The position numbers were made by a program, and so were the translations under genes. From Anthoceros angustus (lineage: Eukaryota > Plantae > Anthocerotophyta): 64,000 nt of DNA. The notes beneath the pieces are model-generated. The model searched no databases, had not been told where the DNA came from, and worked only from the letters and a program-made list of their open reading frames with translations. This document shows, piece by piece, positions 26,901 to 40,890 of this stretch. How positions within the stretch are numbered: position 1 is the stretch's first letter; each line of letters opens with the position of its first letter. Location: NCBI GenBank assembly GCA_010909165.1, contig MU008204.1, positions 79,810 to 143,809 of the forward strand, in the 5' to 3' direction.

Positions 26901-28254
26901 AAGGAGGGAGGCGAATTGCTTCCCATACTTCGGGTGGTGAGGGGTCCGCTCCACGTATGGAGTCCGAATCCTCCCGCCCTCCTCCCGAGTCCGCTTGGTT
27001 TCGACGACCGCCTCCTCCCTCCGGCCTTGCCTCCACTTCCCAGGGCCTCTCCCTTTCCGAGCGCTCAAGCTCTCCTTGAGGAGTTCAAATGCCCCCATAC
27101 ATGGATCGGTATGGGGCGGCCAGATGGCGAGGCTTCTCGGTCTGAGCTTGCGAGCCTCACAGCTAAGCAGGCGAAGATAATCCTTCCCAGTCGCCCTCTT
27201 CCCTGCAGCGTGCGGGCCAGTGATTATCACCAAGGTGATCCACCTTGGTGAGTAGGTTCCGATGGACAATGATCGGGCCACCGCCTTACTCGGTCCAGGT
27301 CGGATATCGACCAACGTTGGTGGTCGTTGCGTCGAGCCTTAATGTGGTATCTTCCCCGCCTTGAGGGGCTCGGCACCCTCCCTCTTCCTCCTTGGGCGGT
27401 TGTAGGCCGCCTCGGGACCTCAAGGTCCATCGCCTTGGGTCCTCCGGAGGTTCTTGGACCGCACCTCCTTATTGACCGCCTTCTTGGGCAAACTCCGGAC
27501 GGTGACATCAAAATGTCCGGACCATGGAACACATCCAAATGCCACCCGCACCAATTCTCCGCCTCGGAGCGAGCCCAAAGTCCGGATAGCCGGTCACAAT
27601 GTTGCGCCCACAAGGTTCCATGGCTCCCAAACTTCCGCTGGCTTTTGGGTGCCACGCCTTCTCCTCCTTGGTTGTCGAGCTTGTGGAGACCGCCGGCACG
27701 CTGCTTCGCCGCTGCCGCCCGACCTCAACGGTGAGCCGCCAAGACGTCCGAGTGTCCCACGAGATACCGCCAGAGCCGGATCGGAGCGCAAGAGAGAATT
27801 GTCTCGAGGTCGCAGCAAATGACCTTCTTCCGCGACCACGCCGGAGTAACTGGGGGCGCCTCCCGTCCAGAATCGCGAGGTCCGCATGGCTTACTCGCCT
27901 TACGCTGCCGCTGCCTTACGCCACGCTGCCACGCCGCTGCGCAGCGCGGGAATATGATGCCCGGCAAGGTTACGGCCCCGACCACCGCATGCCCGCCTCC
28001 ACTCGGTCGCCCACGTGGCGCCGCCTAGTCCGGCCCTCACGCCCAACTTCTAAGTTACCGATTTATCCCGCCTCGGTCCTGGAGTGGGTCCGGACTTATC
28101 CTGCTACTCGCGCCCGCCATCGTAGGTCCAGGAGTCGTATACTCCGAGTGCCCGAGTGCTAACCGGGCTTATTTCCCCTTTTTCGCCTCATTTTATCCTT
28201 CCCCTACAAAAACAAAACCCTACCTAATTTCTAACCCCAAGTCCGTAGTCCACA
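23942..28254 (-). repeat. LTR B (shared middle LTR), 4313 bp
   Basis: Same termini; PBS on one side and PPT on the other. Confidence 0.9.
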
Positions 28255-28284
28255 TACTCCCTTCTCACCGCATGCCTCCGCCAA

Positions 28285-31200
28285 CACTAAGCGTGGTACT
28301 TTTTCACCCGCCACCGCTCACCGAGTGCAGCTCACCATCCAACCGCCAACGGACCCATTGGGGTATACTGCACGACTTGGTAAGGCCCATCCATCGAGGT
28401 GGAGTTTACTGGAAGTGCATATGTCGGCCGTCGTAAAGGAGGGCCGATCTCCTCCTTCACATACTCCCGATTCCTAAGGCGCCTATCATGCCACTTATGC
28501 TGATTCTGCACCGCTGCTGCTGCGCCTCTTCCCGGCCCCTCCAGATGTCGACAAACCCTAGCAACCGCCCAGCTTGGCTCTCTTCATCCGTTAAGCGCCT
28601 TTCCATCATGACCGGAGTGTTGGCACCTCAAACTCGACCGCATAACGGGTGAGTGCCCATAGGTCGGCACGGAGTTCGCGGTTACCTTCTCCGCTCAACG
28701 CCCATGGCGGCTTTGTATCCCCGGCGCATAGTTAACCGTCACCTTATTGAGCGCGCAGATAAGTCCATTGGTCTTCTCCGCTATTCTGGATTGTAGGGGC
28801 CGTTTTACGATGTGTGATGCCGAAATAGTCCGTCATTGCGCTTATCACATCATTGAGGAAATGGGTTCCCCTATCGCCACTAGCAACGACACCCATACCT
28901 TGTGATGATGCCAGAGGAATTTGGCCACCGTGCTCAGAGTCCGCTCGGTAGCGACCGCCCAACCCACCGTGAGCTGCCACCAAGATGTACCGCTGTGTGC
29001 CCGGTCGCATCGATAGGTCCAACGTCGATGCCCCATTTCTCAAAAGGCGCTAGTATGGGCACTACCATTGAGTTGTGGCCGGCTTCCGATCCGACAAGCA
29101 TCACACTTCTTCACAATTGGTGTGTTTCCCCATACATGGTGGGCCACCAAGACTCAGCCTCCAAGATTTTCTTGGTGGTGACGTGCATAATGTCCACCAC
29201 CTAGTCCTTCGCATCCCCTTTATTACCACCTCCGCTCACCTGGAGGTACCCTGCTCCACACCGTCCCTACCTTAAAGATGCAACCATACAAAAGGGCGAG
29301 CGAGTGCACAAAGGCCCCACTGACCCGGTTGCCTGGTAGCTCCATCTCCCATAGGTACTGCCCAACTCTAAGAGGGCCGCCCGCCTCCCTTCTCCGCTTC
29401 GCCAGGTCCGCTGCTCACCGCCTTGGGTTTGTCCTACTGCGGCTCCTCTACCTCCTCCTCCTCTATCGCCACCAATTCCTCATCCGGAAGGCGCCCCTTG
29501 ATCCCGCAGATGCTCGCTTTAACTGGATAAGAAGTCGGTGTTGCCGCCTGCCTAGTCTCCACCTCAAATGTGAACTCCTCAGAGCAATGTAATCCACCTC
29601 GCAAGTCCGGACAAGTCTCGCCTTGTTCACCAAATGCTTGAGCCAAGTGATCAACATAGAACACAAACTCATTGGGCGTAGTGTCTCGAATTTTAACACA
29701 GATACCATTCCCAATGCCTCTCGCTCCGTAGTAGTGTACCTCCCTGCGTGAGCCGCCTTCCCGTAGTAGATTGGGTGATCCTCCGCTTATCATCTTTTGA
29801 TCGAGCACTACCCGATGGCAAGGCACATCCACGCACACATGGAATTCCCCACCCCGGTCCTTTGAGTACTGGGCACACTGTAGTGGTCTGAGGTCTCGAA
29901 TGCCGCCTTTCGGCCCGTGTCCATTCCTCCTTCCCGAGTAGCTCTAGCTCGAGGCCCGCTTTGCAAAATAAACGCCTATAGTAACCACCATGCCTGTGAA
30001 CTCGTAACTCCTTCAAGTTCGTGGCGCAGGGATCGGATGACTTTCACCTTGTCTTGGTCCACCTCTATCCTCTTACCGACACTCGTGCCCCAACAAGATT
30101 CCTCTGCCAAGTAGCATTCTCCGGATGCGAGTCTCCTACATCGCTCCAAACACTTCCGCAAATGTCCCACGTGTTTGTCCTCCTCTCCGCAGTAAGTCGC
30201 CCAAGAACACCTCCATGAAGTCCTCAGAATTCTAAGACATTGGTCACCATCCGCATAAATGATCCGGTGCTCCCACATCCTGGCAAGTAAACGTCCTCAG
30301 TGGTGAATGTTGTCTTATCCCACCGACTCCCTTAGGTGTAATCGTAGCCGAGTAGCCCAAGAAGGAGTAGGTACTCCCCCGCCACCTTGTCCAAGATGTC
30401 GTCCACAAAGGGCATGGGAAATGGTCCTTTCCGTGGCTTGCCCACCCCGACACCAATCGCCTCGCTTCTTCGGCACGACCACAATGGGCGCCACCCACTC
30501 ACCGCTCACGATTGGGAAGATGATGTCCGCCTGATACTTATCCAGACTTCCTTGACCTTGAGCGAGTGCTTGGGATTCAGCTTTATACGCCTAATCCGAA
30601 CAGCCTCCCCGGCTTCAGATCTATCCTGTTCGCCCCATCGCTGGAATGCCTTTCATCCGTGACCTTGAAAGCAAACACCTGAATTCCCCAACAATCGTGA
30701 GGTCTCGTTTAACCCTCCGATGCCTGCGGAATTTGAGGAATTTCCGGGCGAACCTCCACGCCTTCCACATCGTCTGACTGCCTTTCTCTTGCCGCGCCCG
30801 CCGCCCCTCCATCCGAGGTTCATCTTCACGCATTCCCCACTCCCGAAGAGCTCGTGAAACGGTTACTTCCCCGTCCTGGGACCCTCCTCTTGATTGCCTT
30901 CCCCGGCTCTTGCCCGCAGTCCACCCTAAAACAATCGATGACCTCGCCCACCTCCGCCTCCAAAGGCGTCCCTCCTAATCCATCTCCTCCTCGACCACGT
31001 GATTTTGGGAAAGGGTAGTCCTCATTCGTATCCTCGCTCATCGTCCCCACTGCCTTCGGGCGGAGGTGTACCCTCTGGTGCCGACGCCACCACAAGACGT
31101 GTCCTTACTCCTGTAATCGCTACCCTTCCCTCACCTTCTGATCCCACCACCGGCTTGAAGTGTATTTCCTTCCGTCCAAGTGTAGTTTTGTCTCGAGCGA

Positions 31201-33380
31201 GGCTCACCCAAGGCCCTAACAGGACCTCATACCCTGAGGTCCCGGTCCGATGACGACAAAATCTAATGTATAGGGGCTCCGCTATGGTGGCTTGACTCGG
31301 ACAACTCGGCGGCTGACATGTCCGCCATCCCGAGGGTTTTGGTGGATGGCTCAAGGTGGTGAACCCCACTGCCTCGTGGCCCTTGATGAGGTTCACTCGA
31401 CCCGTGTCTAGAGGCACGCTTTTAATTACACACCCCGCACTTCCACCGCACCATCGCCCTGTGGTCCGTATGAGATACGACCTTACCTCCACGCTTTGCC
31501 CTTCCGACCAAGGAGTTCCGTGGTTGCTTTCCGATGGCCTTCCTGGACTTCCCGCCGATACTGGTTGTCCTTTAACAACCGCCTAAGGGACACCAAGTGT
31601 TGTTGGTCCATCATCAAGTCGGCCACCTTGAAAGGGCCGGGTGGTTCTCCGCCGCCACGCGTCGCTTCCTCCCGGCCACCACTGGTGGTCGGACCACTGG
31701 GTCCTGCCGAGTTCTTCTTGAAGCATCTCCACTTCAACCACATCCGGGAAGCGGCGGGTGAGTCCGCCTCCCGAGACTCCGTGGCGGGGTTTCTTCCGTG
31801 GCTGCCCTTTAACTGCCTCTTTGGCGGGTTCGGCCTTCAAGGGTGTTCCGTCCTCCGTATCCGTGGACTATCCTCATTTTTCTTCCTCTTACACTGCCTG
31901 CTCCTTCCGCTCCTTTCTACGACTCGGGTTGACACTTCCAAGACCTCCAGTCCGCCTTCTCAACTTGCTTCACCACCTGCCTGCTCCCTGCCTCCTCCCA
32001 CTCCGCCCCAGCGCCTTCAATTTAGCACAGCGCCGCCTTAGGGAGGGGCGGTGGTCTTGGCTCCACCGGGGTTGCGAGCGCATGCCCTCGAGCGAGGATT
32101 CTGTGGTACCGCCCGGCATGTGCCCCACCGATAATCTCCACGCCCTGCTCAAAGTCTCCGCTACCTTGTCCGTGGGTATGGACAGTTGGAGTAGTGTCCG
32201 GTTCCCAGCCCAACAGACCACCGCCCGAGAATTCGAGGCTCCCATTCGAGGTTGCATCGGACGCATGGATGGACCTCCCCGGATACATCGTCTGATCATG
32301 CCGGGTGCTTCTTGCACTTGGTAAGCATCCTCCCATTCCTCTTCCTCCTCATAGTCGTACTCCACCGGTTCACGGGTCCGAGGGGCAGCTGAATGCCCAT
32401 GGTGGCACACCGCACACCATAATGAGTCGACTGTGGTGGCCACCTCCGCTCACGATCCTTCACCGATTGATCGTCAACTCTTCCACCTTTTCATTACTCT
32501 CTCTAGATCTTCCTCAACCCCCTACCTTTCAAGGGCTGGCGGGGACCTCAAGACCGGAGCTGCATCATGACCTCCTTCTTCCACCCTCCGCTCACCACAC
32601 TTCTTCTTGTTTTTCGACGGGTTCTTCGCCTCCAGGCTTGGATTCCCTGAGTCTCCTCCTCTTCCTCCGTGACCCGCCTCCTCCTCCTCTCCTTCCGAGG
32701 GCTTCATCTTCGAGTCCGACCCCGCCTTCTTCTTCTTCTTCCTCCTGAGGAGTCCTCGCCTTGGTGCATCGATTCTTCATAGTTCCGCCACCGCCTTACT
32801 CACATCCTTCTCGCAAGCAAAGACATGCTTAGCCATTGGCCGCGAACCAACGCATCAAGTGTGTGTGGGTGCCGATCCTGAGGGTAGAACCGCTCGATGT
32901 ACGATCCCAACTTTCCGCCTTGCCCTCTTTAGGTTCTCAAGTTTGACAGATGTAGCCTTCGATCGATTCCGCTGAATCTTTCTAAGAAGGCATCCTTCAA
33001 TGCTCGCAGGGTGCCTCGGGGGTCAGATTTCCACATCGGGTCACCGTCTCAAGGACCCTTGAACATGGATTAGTCAGGCATCCGAACCTTCTCCGCTGAA
33101 GTTTGCCGATACGAAATCCTCCAACAAAGCCGCCTCTCCTTCTTACCTCCAAAGAGGGAATACGCTTGTTTGGTCGTTGTTGCCATCGCCGCTGATGGGG
33201 AGGAACCGCCTCACCGCCACCGCCTGGGCCGCCTCCTCACGATCCGACAACCACCGACTTACTGGGTTCGTGACCTCGCCTCGAGCTCGTTGCCTCACGT
33301 GCTCGAGCGCCGGCAACACAACGTCCGACTCTTAGCAATTCTTCCTTAACTACCTCACGCCCTCCACGCATCCACGGCTA
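28285..33380 (-). pseudogene. gag-pol, internal copy 2 (many frameshifts)
   Basis: GHLRKCLERCRR, EFVFYVDH, EEFTFEVETRQ, SDRGTHFLNDVISAMTDYFGITHRKTAP; colinear with copy 1. Confidence 0.9.
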
Positions 33381-33412
33381 CGGAACGATTTCATTCCCGC
33401 AACGGCGCAAAA

Positions 33413-36400
33413 TGTGGCGCGACTTTTCGATGGCCGCGCACAATCCGTGTCGTTGTAGGAAGAAGTCCGCTCCTGGGAATGATAGGCTCCGCTGCCGTGT
33501 GATTCTACCTCACTTTGCGCCTGCTCACAACGCACACATACTCTACTGCAACGCTCACCGTGACAGCCCGATGGCTAAACGCTTAGGGACCTGTCAGTCC
33601 GTATCGCTCACATTCGCCACCACACTTCCGGCCTTCCTCCACTCACGCTACACTCATCGCCTTAGGGACGCCGACCCGACTGCTCCTGCCACCTCCGTCC
33701 GGCTCAGACGCCTCCCGAGTTCCTCCCACACGCCTGGGCCTGCTCGGCTGCTCGACGAGCACGGGTCACCACCACCCTTCCCCGCACACACCACAACACG
33801 TTAGGTCCGCCACCGTGACCCCGATCAATCTCCCGAGTCGCCGCTCGCCTGACTCAGACTCACGCTAGCAAGAAGACACACAAAGGTCTGCAAGAACGCG
33901 CATCAACACCAAGAGAAAGATGATTTATTGAGCCCTTAGCCTCTTATACTACGCAAGGTCACGCCTTTATTACACCTCTATCGAAATGAGGGCCACCTGT
34001 GGTGCCCTAACCACCGCCTACCTCCCTATTCCTATCGCCGGGGCCGGATGGCCCCCGATTCCTTCTTGGCACCGCGGCCCAAAGCCGAGCCGCGATCGCC
34101 AAGGCACCCAATCGGATGATCCGCGAGGCGGACCCTTCCTCTTCCCGAGGGTCTGCGCGCCACCGGCGCGGCCCGACAACGCTCACCACCAAGTCTTCCT
34201 CGCCTCCCTCTTCTCTCTCCTCGGGCCCTCCAGCGGCCCTCCAAGGGCCGGATCTCCGGACCGGTGGCTCTCCCCACTCCCCCGGACCTCGACTCCCTCG
34301 ACTCGAGTCCGGACCTCTAGGTCCGGCCTTCCTCCGGGTCCGGCCTCCTTCTCGAGTCCGGCCCCTGGTCCGGACTTGCCTCGGGTCCGGCCTGACCCAA
34401 CCTTCGGGGTCCGGACCTCGTGGTCCGAGTCCGATCCCTAAGTCCAGACTTCAGGGGCCGGACCCTGATCCGGCTCTCGTGAGTCCGGACAAAGTCCGAC
34501 CCCCTGGGCATGCCTCCTCACCGGCTAGTCACGGGTTCATCCATCGAGCCTCCCTTGGTTCCCGAATGCCCTTGCACCCTTTCCTTCCTCTCCAAGATCC
34601 TCCTCTTCCTTCCATGCGAGGGTGCCGAGTGCTTACCTCCTGTAGCGACCTTCCTCCTCCCGCTGCTCTCCCGCCGCTGTCATTATCAAAGCCCTAGGAC
34701 TCCTGTGGTCCGGTCCGTCTCCTCCTCGCCTCCTTCCATCCTTCCTCCGAAGTCCACCTCCCGCCTAGGGTGGCGCAGACCTCCAGAGCCTTGAGGAGCT
34801 CAAGGTAGGCGTGGTCAATCGACTTGCCGAATCGCCTCCTCATGAGCCCGAGCACCCAGATTCCCTCCTCCGAGGTGCTCCGAATCGAGCGATCGCCCAC
34901 CGCCCTGCCTCGGGCTGCTTACCACCGAGGCGCGGACTCTTGAGGCCAAGGCTGCCTCTACTCTTGCAACCTTCACGCACGCCTCCTCCTCCTCCCGCTG
35001 TTCCAGCCCGCCATGGGCCATGGAGCCGAGCCCTTCCGCTTCCCCGCAACCGGACGAGCAACCGTAGCCTCCTCCAAGGCTTTCTTCCTCCGCTCATTCT
35101 TTCCCGGAGGTCCGCCACTTCCTTCTCCAGCGGGCTGATCCCCGTCCGACTCGGCTTCCTCCACATCCCCGCAACCTTGCGACGCCGAACTCGCCGGCCG
35201 CCATTCTCCTCCGTCTCAAGCGGAGCTGGAGGCGTCACCTCTCGTCAAGTCTTGGATTCTCTCTGAGAACCCCCCGCTCCGATGCATCTTGGAGTTGCAA
35301 CCCAAGGTGTCCTGTTGCCCTCCAGCCTCCGCCGCCGCCTCTTCTACCTCCCGCACTGCACTCGAGGTCCCCAATCTCCTGCCGGCCTCCTCCTCACGGC
35401 CGACCGCTTGTTCGGCCGCCTCACTGGCTCTCGATTGGCCGCCTCCTCCCCTCCACCGGCCCGATCACGCCTAGTGATCGGGCCTCGCCGTGGCCTCCGC
35501 CTCGGCCACCTTCACCGAGCCTCGCCTTGGCTCGTCCGCCGCCGAGATCCCACTGCTGCGCCGGCCTCCGCCTCCTTCCGGCCTCTCCCCGCAGGTCCTC
35601 CGCTGGGCCTCCTTGGCCTGCCACTGCTCCTCCAAAGAATTTGTCCGGCCCCGCGATGGACCAGACTTCCTCCTCCGCTTCCTCAATCCGAGCCGAGTTT
35701 CCGCCTCTTCCGCCTCCCGGCTCCTCGCTCCAAGCTCCGAGGAGCACCATGCGCCCGGTGGCTTCCACCTCCGGGTTTTCTCGCCATCCCACAGAGTCCC
35801 TGCAGCATACCGGCCCATGACGGTGACCCGCCTGTTTCTTCCACGCCGTGAGGCTCCCACAAAGTCCGTAGTGGAGTGGAGATCTCACGCCCTGGACCTC
35901 CATACTGCCCCGAGTAAGTCCGGACGGGTTCTCCGACCAATCAGACCCTTAGGTCCCGAGGCCCGAGCTTCCACCTCCTTGGCCCTTTTGGTCATGAGCT
36001 CCTTCTCCGCCTCTCTCCCGGGCTCACGGAGGTGATGGAGTCCCTTTTGCCCTTCCCCGCCGGCGATGCTGATGCGCCGCCGCTGTCCTCCTCGCCTCGG
36101 CGCCCTTCGCCTCGCTTCCTCCGCTTGCCACACCAGGGAAGAGGTACTGCACCGACCGGGTGCCGCTGGTAGCCGTGGTCTTGCTCCTTCGGCCTCCTCG
36201 TCCGGCGGCCTCACCGGGAGTGATGGCCTGGGCCGGGGCCTGGCTGCCCGGGTTGGGGCACCGAAGGAGGGAGGCGGAATTTCTTCCCATACTGGTGGTG
36301 AGGGGTCCGCTCCACGTATGGAGTCCGGAATCCTCCCGCCGCCTCCTCCCGAGTCCGCTTGGCTTTACGCCTCCTCCTCCGCCGCCTCCACTTCCTAGGC

Positions 36401-37609
36401 CTCCGGGCCCTTTCCGAGCGCCTCCTCCTTGAGGAGTTCAAATGCCCCATACATGGATCGTATGGGGACCCAGATGGCGAAGGCTTCTGGCCCCGAGCTT
36501 GAGCCTCGCTAAACCGGCGAAGATAATCCTTCCCCCCGCCTTCTTCCGCCGCAAGCAAGGTGAATCAGATTATCACCAAGGTGATCCACCTTGGTGAGTA
36601 GGTTCCAGGACAATGATCCGGCCACCGCCTTACTCGAGTCAACAGTCGGATATCGCCCAACCACAGGTGGTCCGCTGGCCCTGTGCCTTAGCATCGCTGG
36701 CCGGGCCCTATCTTCCCTTCGCCTTGAGGGGCCCGCACCACTCCCCTCTTCCTCCTTGGGCCAGGCCGCCTCGTGACCTCCAAGGTCCATCGCGCTTGGG
36801 TCCTCCCGAGGTTCTTGGACCGCACCTCCTTATTGACCACAAGATCTTCCGCAAACTCCCGACCAGAGTGACACAAATGTCCGCACCATCCGAACACATC
36901 CAAATGCCACTCCGCACTAAATTCTCCGCCTCGGAGCCAGCCCAAAGTCCGGATAGCGCCGGTCACAATGTTGCGCCCACAAGGTTCCATGGCTCCCAAA
37001 CTTCCGCTGGCTTTTGGGTGCCATCGCCTCTCAGGCCGCTGAGACCCGGGCACGCTGCGCCTTCTTCGCCGCCGCCCGACCTCAACGGTGAGCCAAGACG
37101 CCCGAGTGTCCCACGAGATACCGCCAGAGAGGATCGGAGCGCAAGAGATCGCGAATTGTCTCGAGGTCAGCGAATAAATGACCTTCTCCGCGACCACGCC
37201 GGAGTAATCACGGGCGGGGCGCTTCCCGTCCAATCGCGAGGTCTCATGGCTTACTCCCCTACGCCACTGCCTTACGCCGCACTGCCGCTCAGGGCACCGC
37301 CTCGCAACGGCCCCTCGCAAGGTTACGGCCCCGACTCACGCATGCCCGCCTCCACTGTGGTCGCCCACGTGGCGCCGCCAGTCCTTACGCCCAACTTCTA
37401 AGTTACTCCGGACTTATCCCGCCTCGTCCTGGAGTGGGTCCGGACTTATCCTGCTACCGTCGCCATCGTAGGCTAGCACGCCCCACTCCCGGAGTCCGAG
37501 TGCTAACCGTGCTTATTTCCCCCTTTTTCGCCTCATTTTATCCTTTACTCCTACAAAAAAACAAAACCCTACCTAATTTCTAACCCCCCAGGGAAGTCCG
37601 TAGTCCACA
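33413..37609 (-). repeat. LTR C (5' LTR), 4197 bp
   Basis: Same termini; similarity to the other LTRs stops exactly at CCACA|CCCCT. Confidence 0.9.
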
Positions 37610-37909
37610 CCCCTAGATGCCCCGCATCGGCTTCCTGGCTTTTGCCTGCTATCGTGGAAGCAGGTGAAGGTGGAGGAAGTGTCCTATGAATCGACAGCCG
37701 GTGAACGGGGTGGATCGTACTTGCCAAATGAAGTGACCAAAGGGAAGCCTTAGCGCGAAGAAAATGCAGACTGCCTATAGTCCACACTTGTCCTGTCATA
37801 TGCTCCAGCTCTGAATGGAGGAACCATTGGTCGGTTCAAATTTCAATAGATAAATAGGGGGTTTACAAATGAGCTAGTTGCAAAGCAATGATGTACGAAT
37901 GCCTGCCAC

Positions 37910-39770
37910 ATGCTTACACTCCTCAGAGCGGATGTCCTCATTGCTATAACTTGCATTAGGATTTCGCCATTTCCTCACACAGCGACCATCCCTTCTGCTT
38001 CCTGCACTCCTCCTCCCTCATGCCCGGGGTCTCTGTCGCGCAAACAGCACCTTCAGAGCAGCGAAGGCTTTATTCAATTTCCCCCGCTCATCACTTGCTC
38101 TTTGAACAGGGAATGCGAATCTTGTTGGATGCCACCCAGGGCGCACACGGAGGTGTACATGCGATGTCCACGTCGCATTTGCAGATCCTGCGGCCCATCC
38201 GCCCCATTCCTGCACACATTTCCAGAATGCATTGTTTGCGCGAAAGGATGGAGGACGCCCGGCATCGACGGACTGAGGTGCAACCCTTCCTCGCAATTTC
38301 CCTCCTCGCCAATATTTTGTTTCTGCTTGTAACTAATTGTCGTCTCACTTGATGGTAAGGTGGTCAGAGCTGAATGCCAAGATGCGGCTGCGGAGGGTGA
38401 CGGCGCCATAGGAGGCATTGCACATGGCATGGAGGGCACTACGGATGGCTATGATAGCATGGATGATATGGCTAGCATGGCATCCGATGACATGTCCTTT
38501 GGAAGTGTAGACTCCATTAAGCATAGCTAGTCGGGCGACAACAGCGACGCCAACAATGTGCAAGACTAGTTGTTACATGGCATCAACCACATGTGGATAG
38601 AGGCCACAACAGCTGCTTGTAGAGCAGCAGCCAAACGGCCGCTGTGGGAAGTGCACCTGCCTTGCAAATCGAAGGAAACAAAGTTGACTGCCACATTGAT
38701 CCTCCTCAGCTTGCAAACCACGCACGGCATGTCAGATGTAGCAGTATGTGACATGCTACAAGCCGTCTCACTGCATTTATTGCCGGCAGGGAATGCATTG
38801 CCGACTTCACTCGACTAGGTGAAAAAGCTATTGGCCACATTCGGCAACAGGTATGAAAAAATCCATGTCTGTAAAGGTGATTGCGTGTTGTTCAAAGATG
38901 CGTACGCCGCTCACACCACATGCCCAGTGTGCGGTCTGCCGAGGTATATCCGTGGAAAAGTCCCACAGAAGGTCATGTGGCATTTTCCTATCAAGGACCA
39001 CATCCGTCGCATGTTCTGCTCTCCTGCTACCGCCCACAACATGACCGCATACGTAGGGCTCCGTATCATTGATGGGTATCATGGCGGATACGCCGACATG
39101 GCGGCTGGTTGATAGCTTGGATGGTTTTGGGTCGGAGGCAAGGAATGTTCGGTTTGGCATAGCAACAAATGGTTTCAACCCATTTGGTCACCGGTCTACA
39201 ACATCCACCATATGGGCAGCAATGCTGTTTGTGCACAACTTCCCCCCATGGATGACAGCAAAGCCGGAGCATGTCCTCATGCCCCTCATTGTGCCAAGCC
39301 CTCATTTGATGTCTTTATGCAGCCACTCCTGGAAGAGCTGCGAAATTTGTGGGTGGAAGGCATTCCTGTCGAAGATTTCTCAATGTTTGCAACTGATCCT
39401 AGCAGACGCTTCACTGTGAGGGACCATAGTAGGCCTGGTCGTACATGGGACGCGTGCCTGCTTAGACTACTAGCTGGGTTTGGAATGCAGATGGGCAGTT
39501 GCGCTTCATAAACATTTGTACCCGGGAGCCTGTCGTTTCCTGGCAGCAGACCATGAAATGCGCAGATCGAAAAAGGAGTGGTTCAACAACCAAGAGGAGC
39601 ATCGCCCACTACTGGCCCCGCCATCGTTTGACGAACTCATGGCTAATATGGGCCAGTGGGAAGTGGCAACTTCGAGGGATTTAAGAGTAACTGACCGGTT
39701 TGGGACATGAAGGAAGTCAATGTGGTTCGACTTCCTACCACACTGGCACCATCTGGAGAGTGACAATGTA
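37910..39770 (+). pseudogene. CACTA/En-Spm Tnp2-family transposase remnant
   Basis: YEKIHVCKGDCVLF, CPVCGLPRY, KVPQKVMWHFPI, RNVRFGIATNGFNPFG, NFPPWM, DVFMQPLLEELRNLWVEG; contains stops and frameshifts. Confidence 0.88.
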
Positions 39771-39828
39771 GCAGGGAACGCTACATGTAGTGATGACAGT
39801 GACTGGCTTGGTGAAACAGGTTACAAGG

Positions 39829-40890
39829 TTAGTGATAGTATTCATTGCAAGCATGGATAGAGGCACTGGGCAAGGAGACGCGCTCACCACTAGTGGCAGT
39901 GTGGTTACCGCCAGTGGAAGCAGCAAAGAGAAAACACGTTGAATTGATCACCTCAGGGGTATTTAGGAAATGGATGATGTGTGTGCGGAAGACAAGGGGA
40001 GCCACCCGCTGCCACTTAGCATCCTTGGAGCTGGAGGAAGGCCTTGATGGCGTCTCCCAAAATTGCAAAACAGCTTCCTTAACCCCCGGCAAACAATCGG
40101 AATGAGCCTTCCATCCCCACCCACACCAATGCACCTCGTTTGGTGCACTTTGCAAATCGCCGCGAGTCTGAAGGTGGCGTGCCACAACTCGCTTGTTGAC
40201 CCCAAGAAGTCGGCCCAAGGTAGATGCTCCAGCTTCTTGCCTATTGCAGTAGGGGTGAAGGCTTAGAAAGCCACATCCTTGGCTTTCCGGACCATTAGGG
40301 CAGCTATGAAGAAGCTGCGGAGTGTACAAGCATACGATAAGTTGAAGGCAAGACTTGAGGCCACAAAGCCTGGAAAAAGCATCTAGCACCTTAGCCTTGC
40401 TATCAGAATTGAAGTGGGTAGTTCTACGGAAGAAAACGTGGCCAAGTTCTCGAGCAACACGTCCACATTGTGCATCTGGCCCCATCCACGACTGGTGAGA
40501 TCCCACCCCTTGTCGTGCAGCGCTTGACCTCTGTGGATGAAAGAGGTGTTGTTTGCCCTACCCTTGGCCTAATCTGTTTTTCCACAACAGCTCCTAATTG
40601 TAGACTAGATCCCTCCTCACCCTGCAAGGGTTCTTCTGATCCGGGTGAAGTTGCCTCATGTATGTCCACCATCTGGAGGGTGATTATCATTGTGACAATC
40701 CTCCTCCACACGCAAAGATGCTCCCGCCTCTTGCTTAACATCCTCTACATACAAAGGTGCTCCAACTTCTTGCCCAACATCTTCCACACGCAAAGATGCA
40801 AGTAGAATTTGCTTTTCCCTCCACCGGCGCTTCCAAGCAGAGTGTTTCGCTCTCTTAAGTGCACTCGAAGAGGAAGGCATTGATTGAGCC
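39829..40890 (-). pseudogene. Antisense ORF remnant, probably DNA-transposon derived
   Basis: 225-aa open segment (VLQFWETPSRPSSSSKDAKWQR...HIIHFLNTP) with no splice structure; family not assigned. Confidence 0.35.

Larger units (their letters stand above)
14322..37609 (-). mobile_element. Tandem Ty3/gypsy (Athila-like) LTR retrotransposon: LTR-internal-LTR-internal-LTR
   Basis: Ends are TGTGG...CCACA; CCCCT TSD at 14317-14321 and 37610-37614; domain order PR-RT-RH-IN; tRNA-Asp-type PBS. Confidence 0.92.

Noticed and set aside
25689-27314. 541-aa ORF taken as a literal protein
   Set aside because: It is a patchwork of frames in GC-rich, indel-ridden LTR sequence, and only parts agree with the other LTR copies.
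14322-37609. Dating the insertion from LTR-LTR divergence
   Set aside because: Differences are dominated by probable sequencing indels and cannot be quantified by eye.
39888-39895. CACTAGTG as a CACTA terminus or excision footprint
   Set aside because: An 8-bp palindrome with no partner TIR, subterminal repeats or 3-bp TSD; expected by chance.
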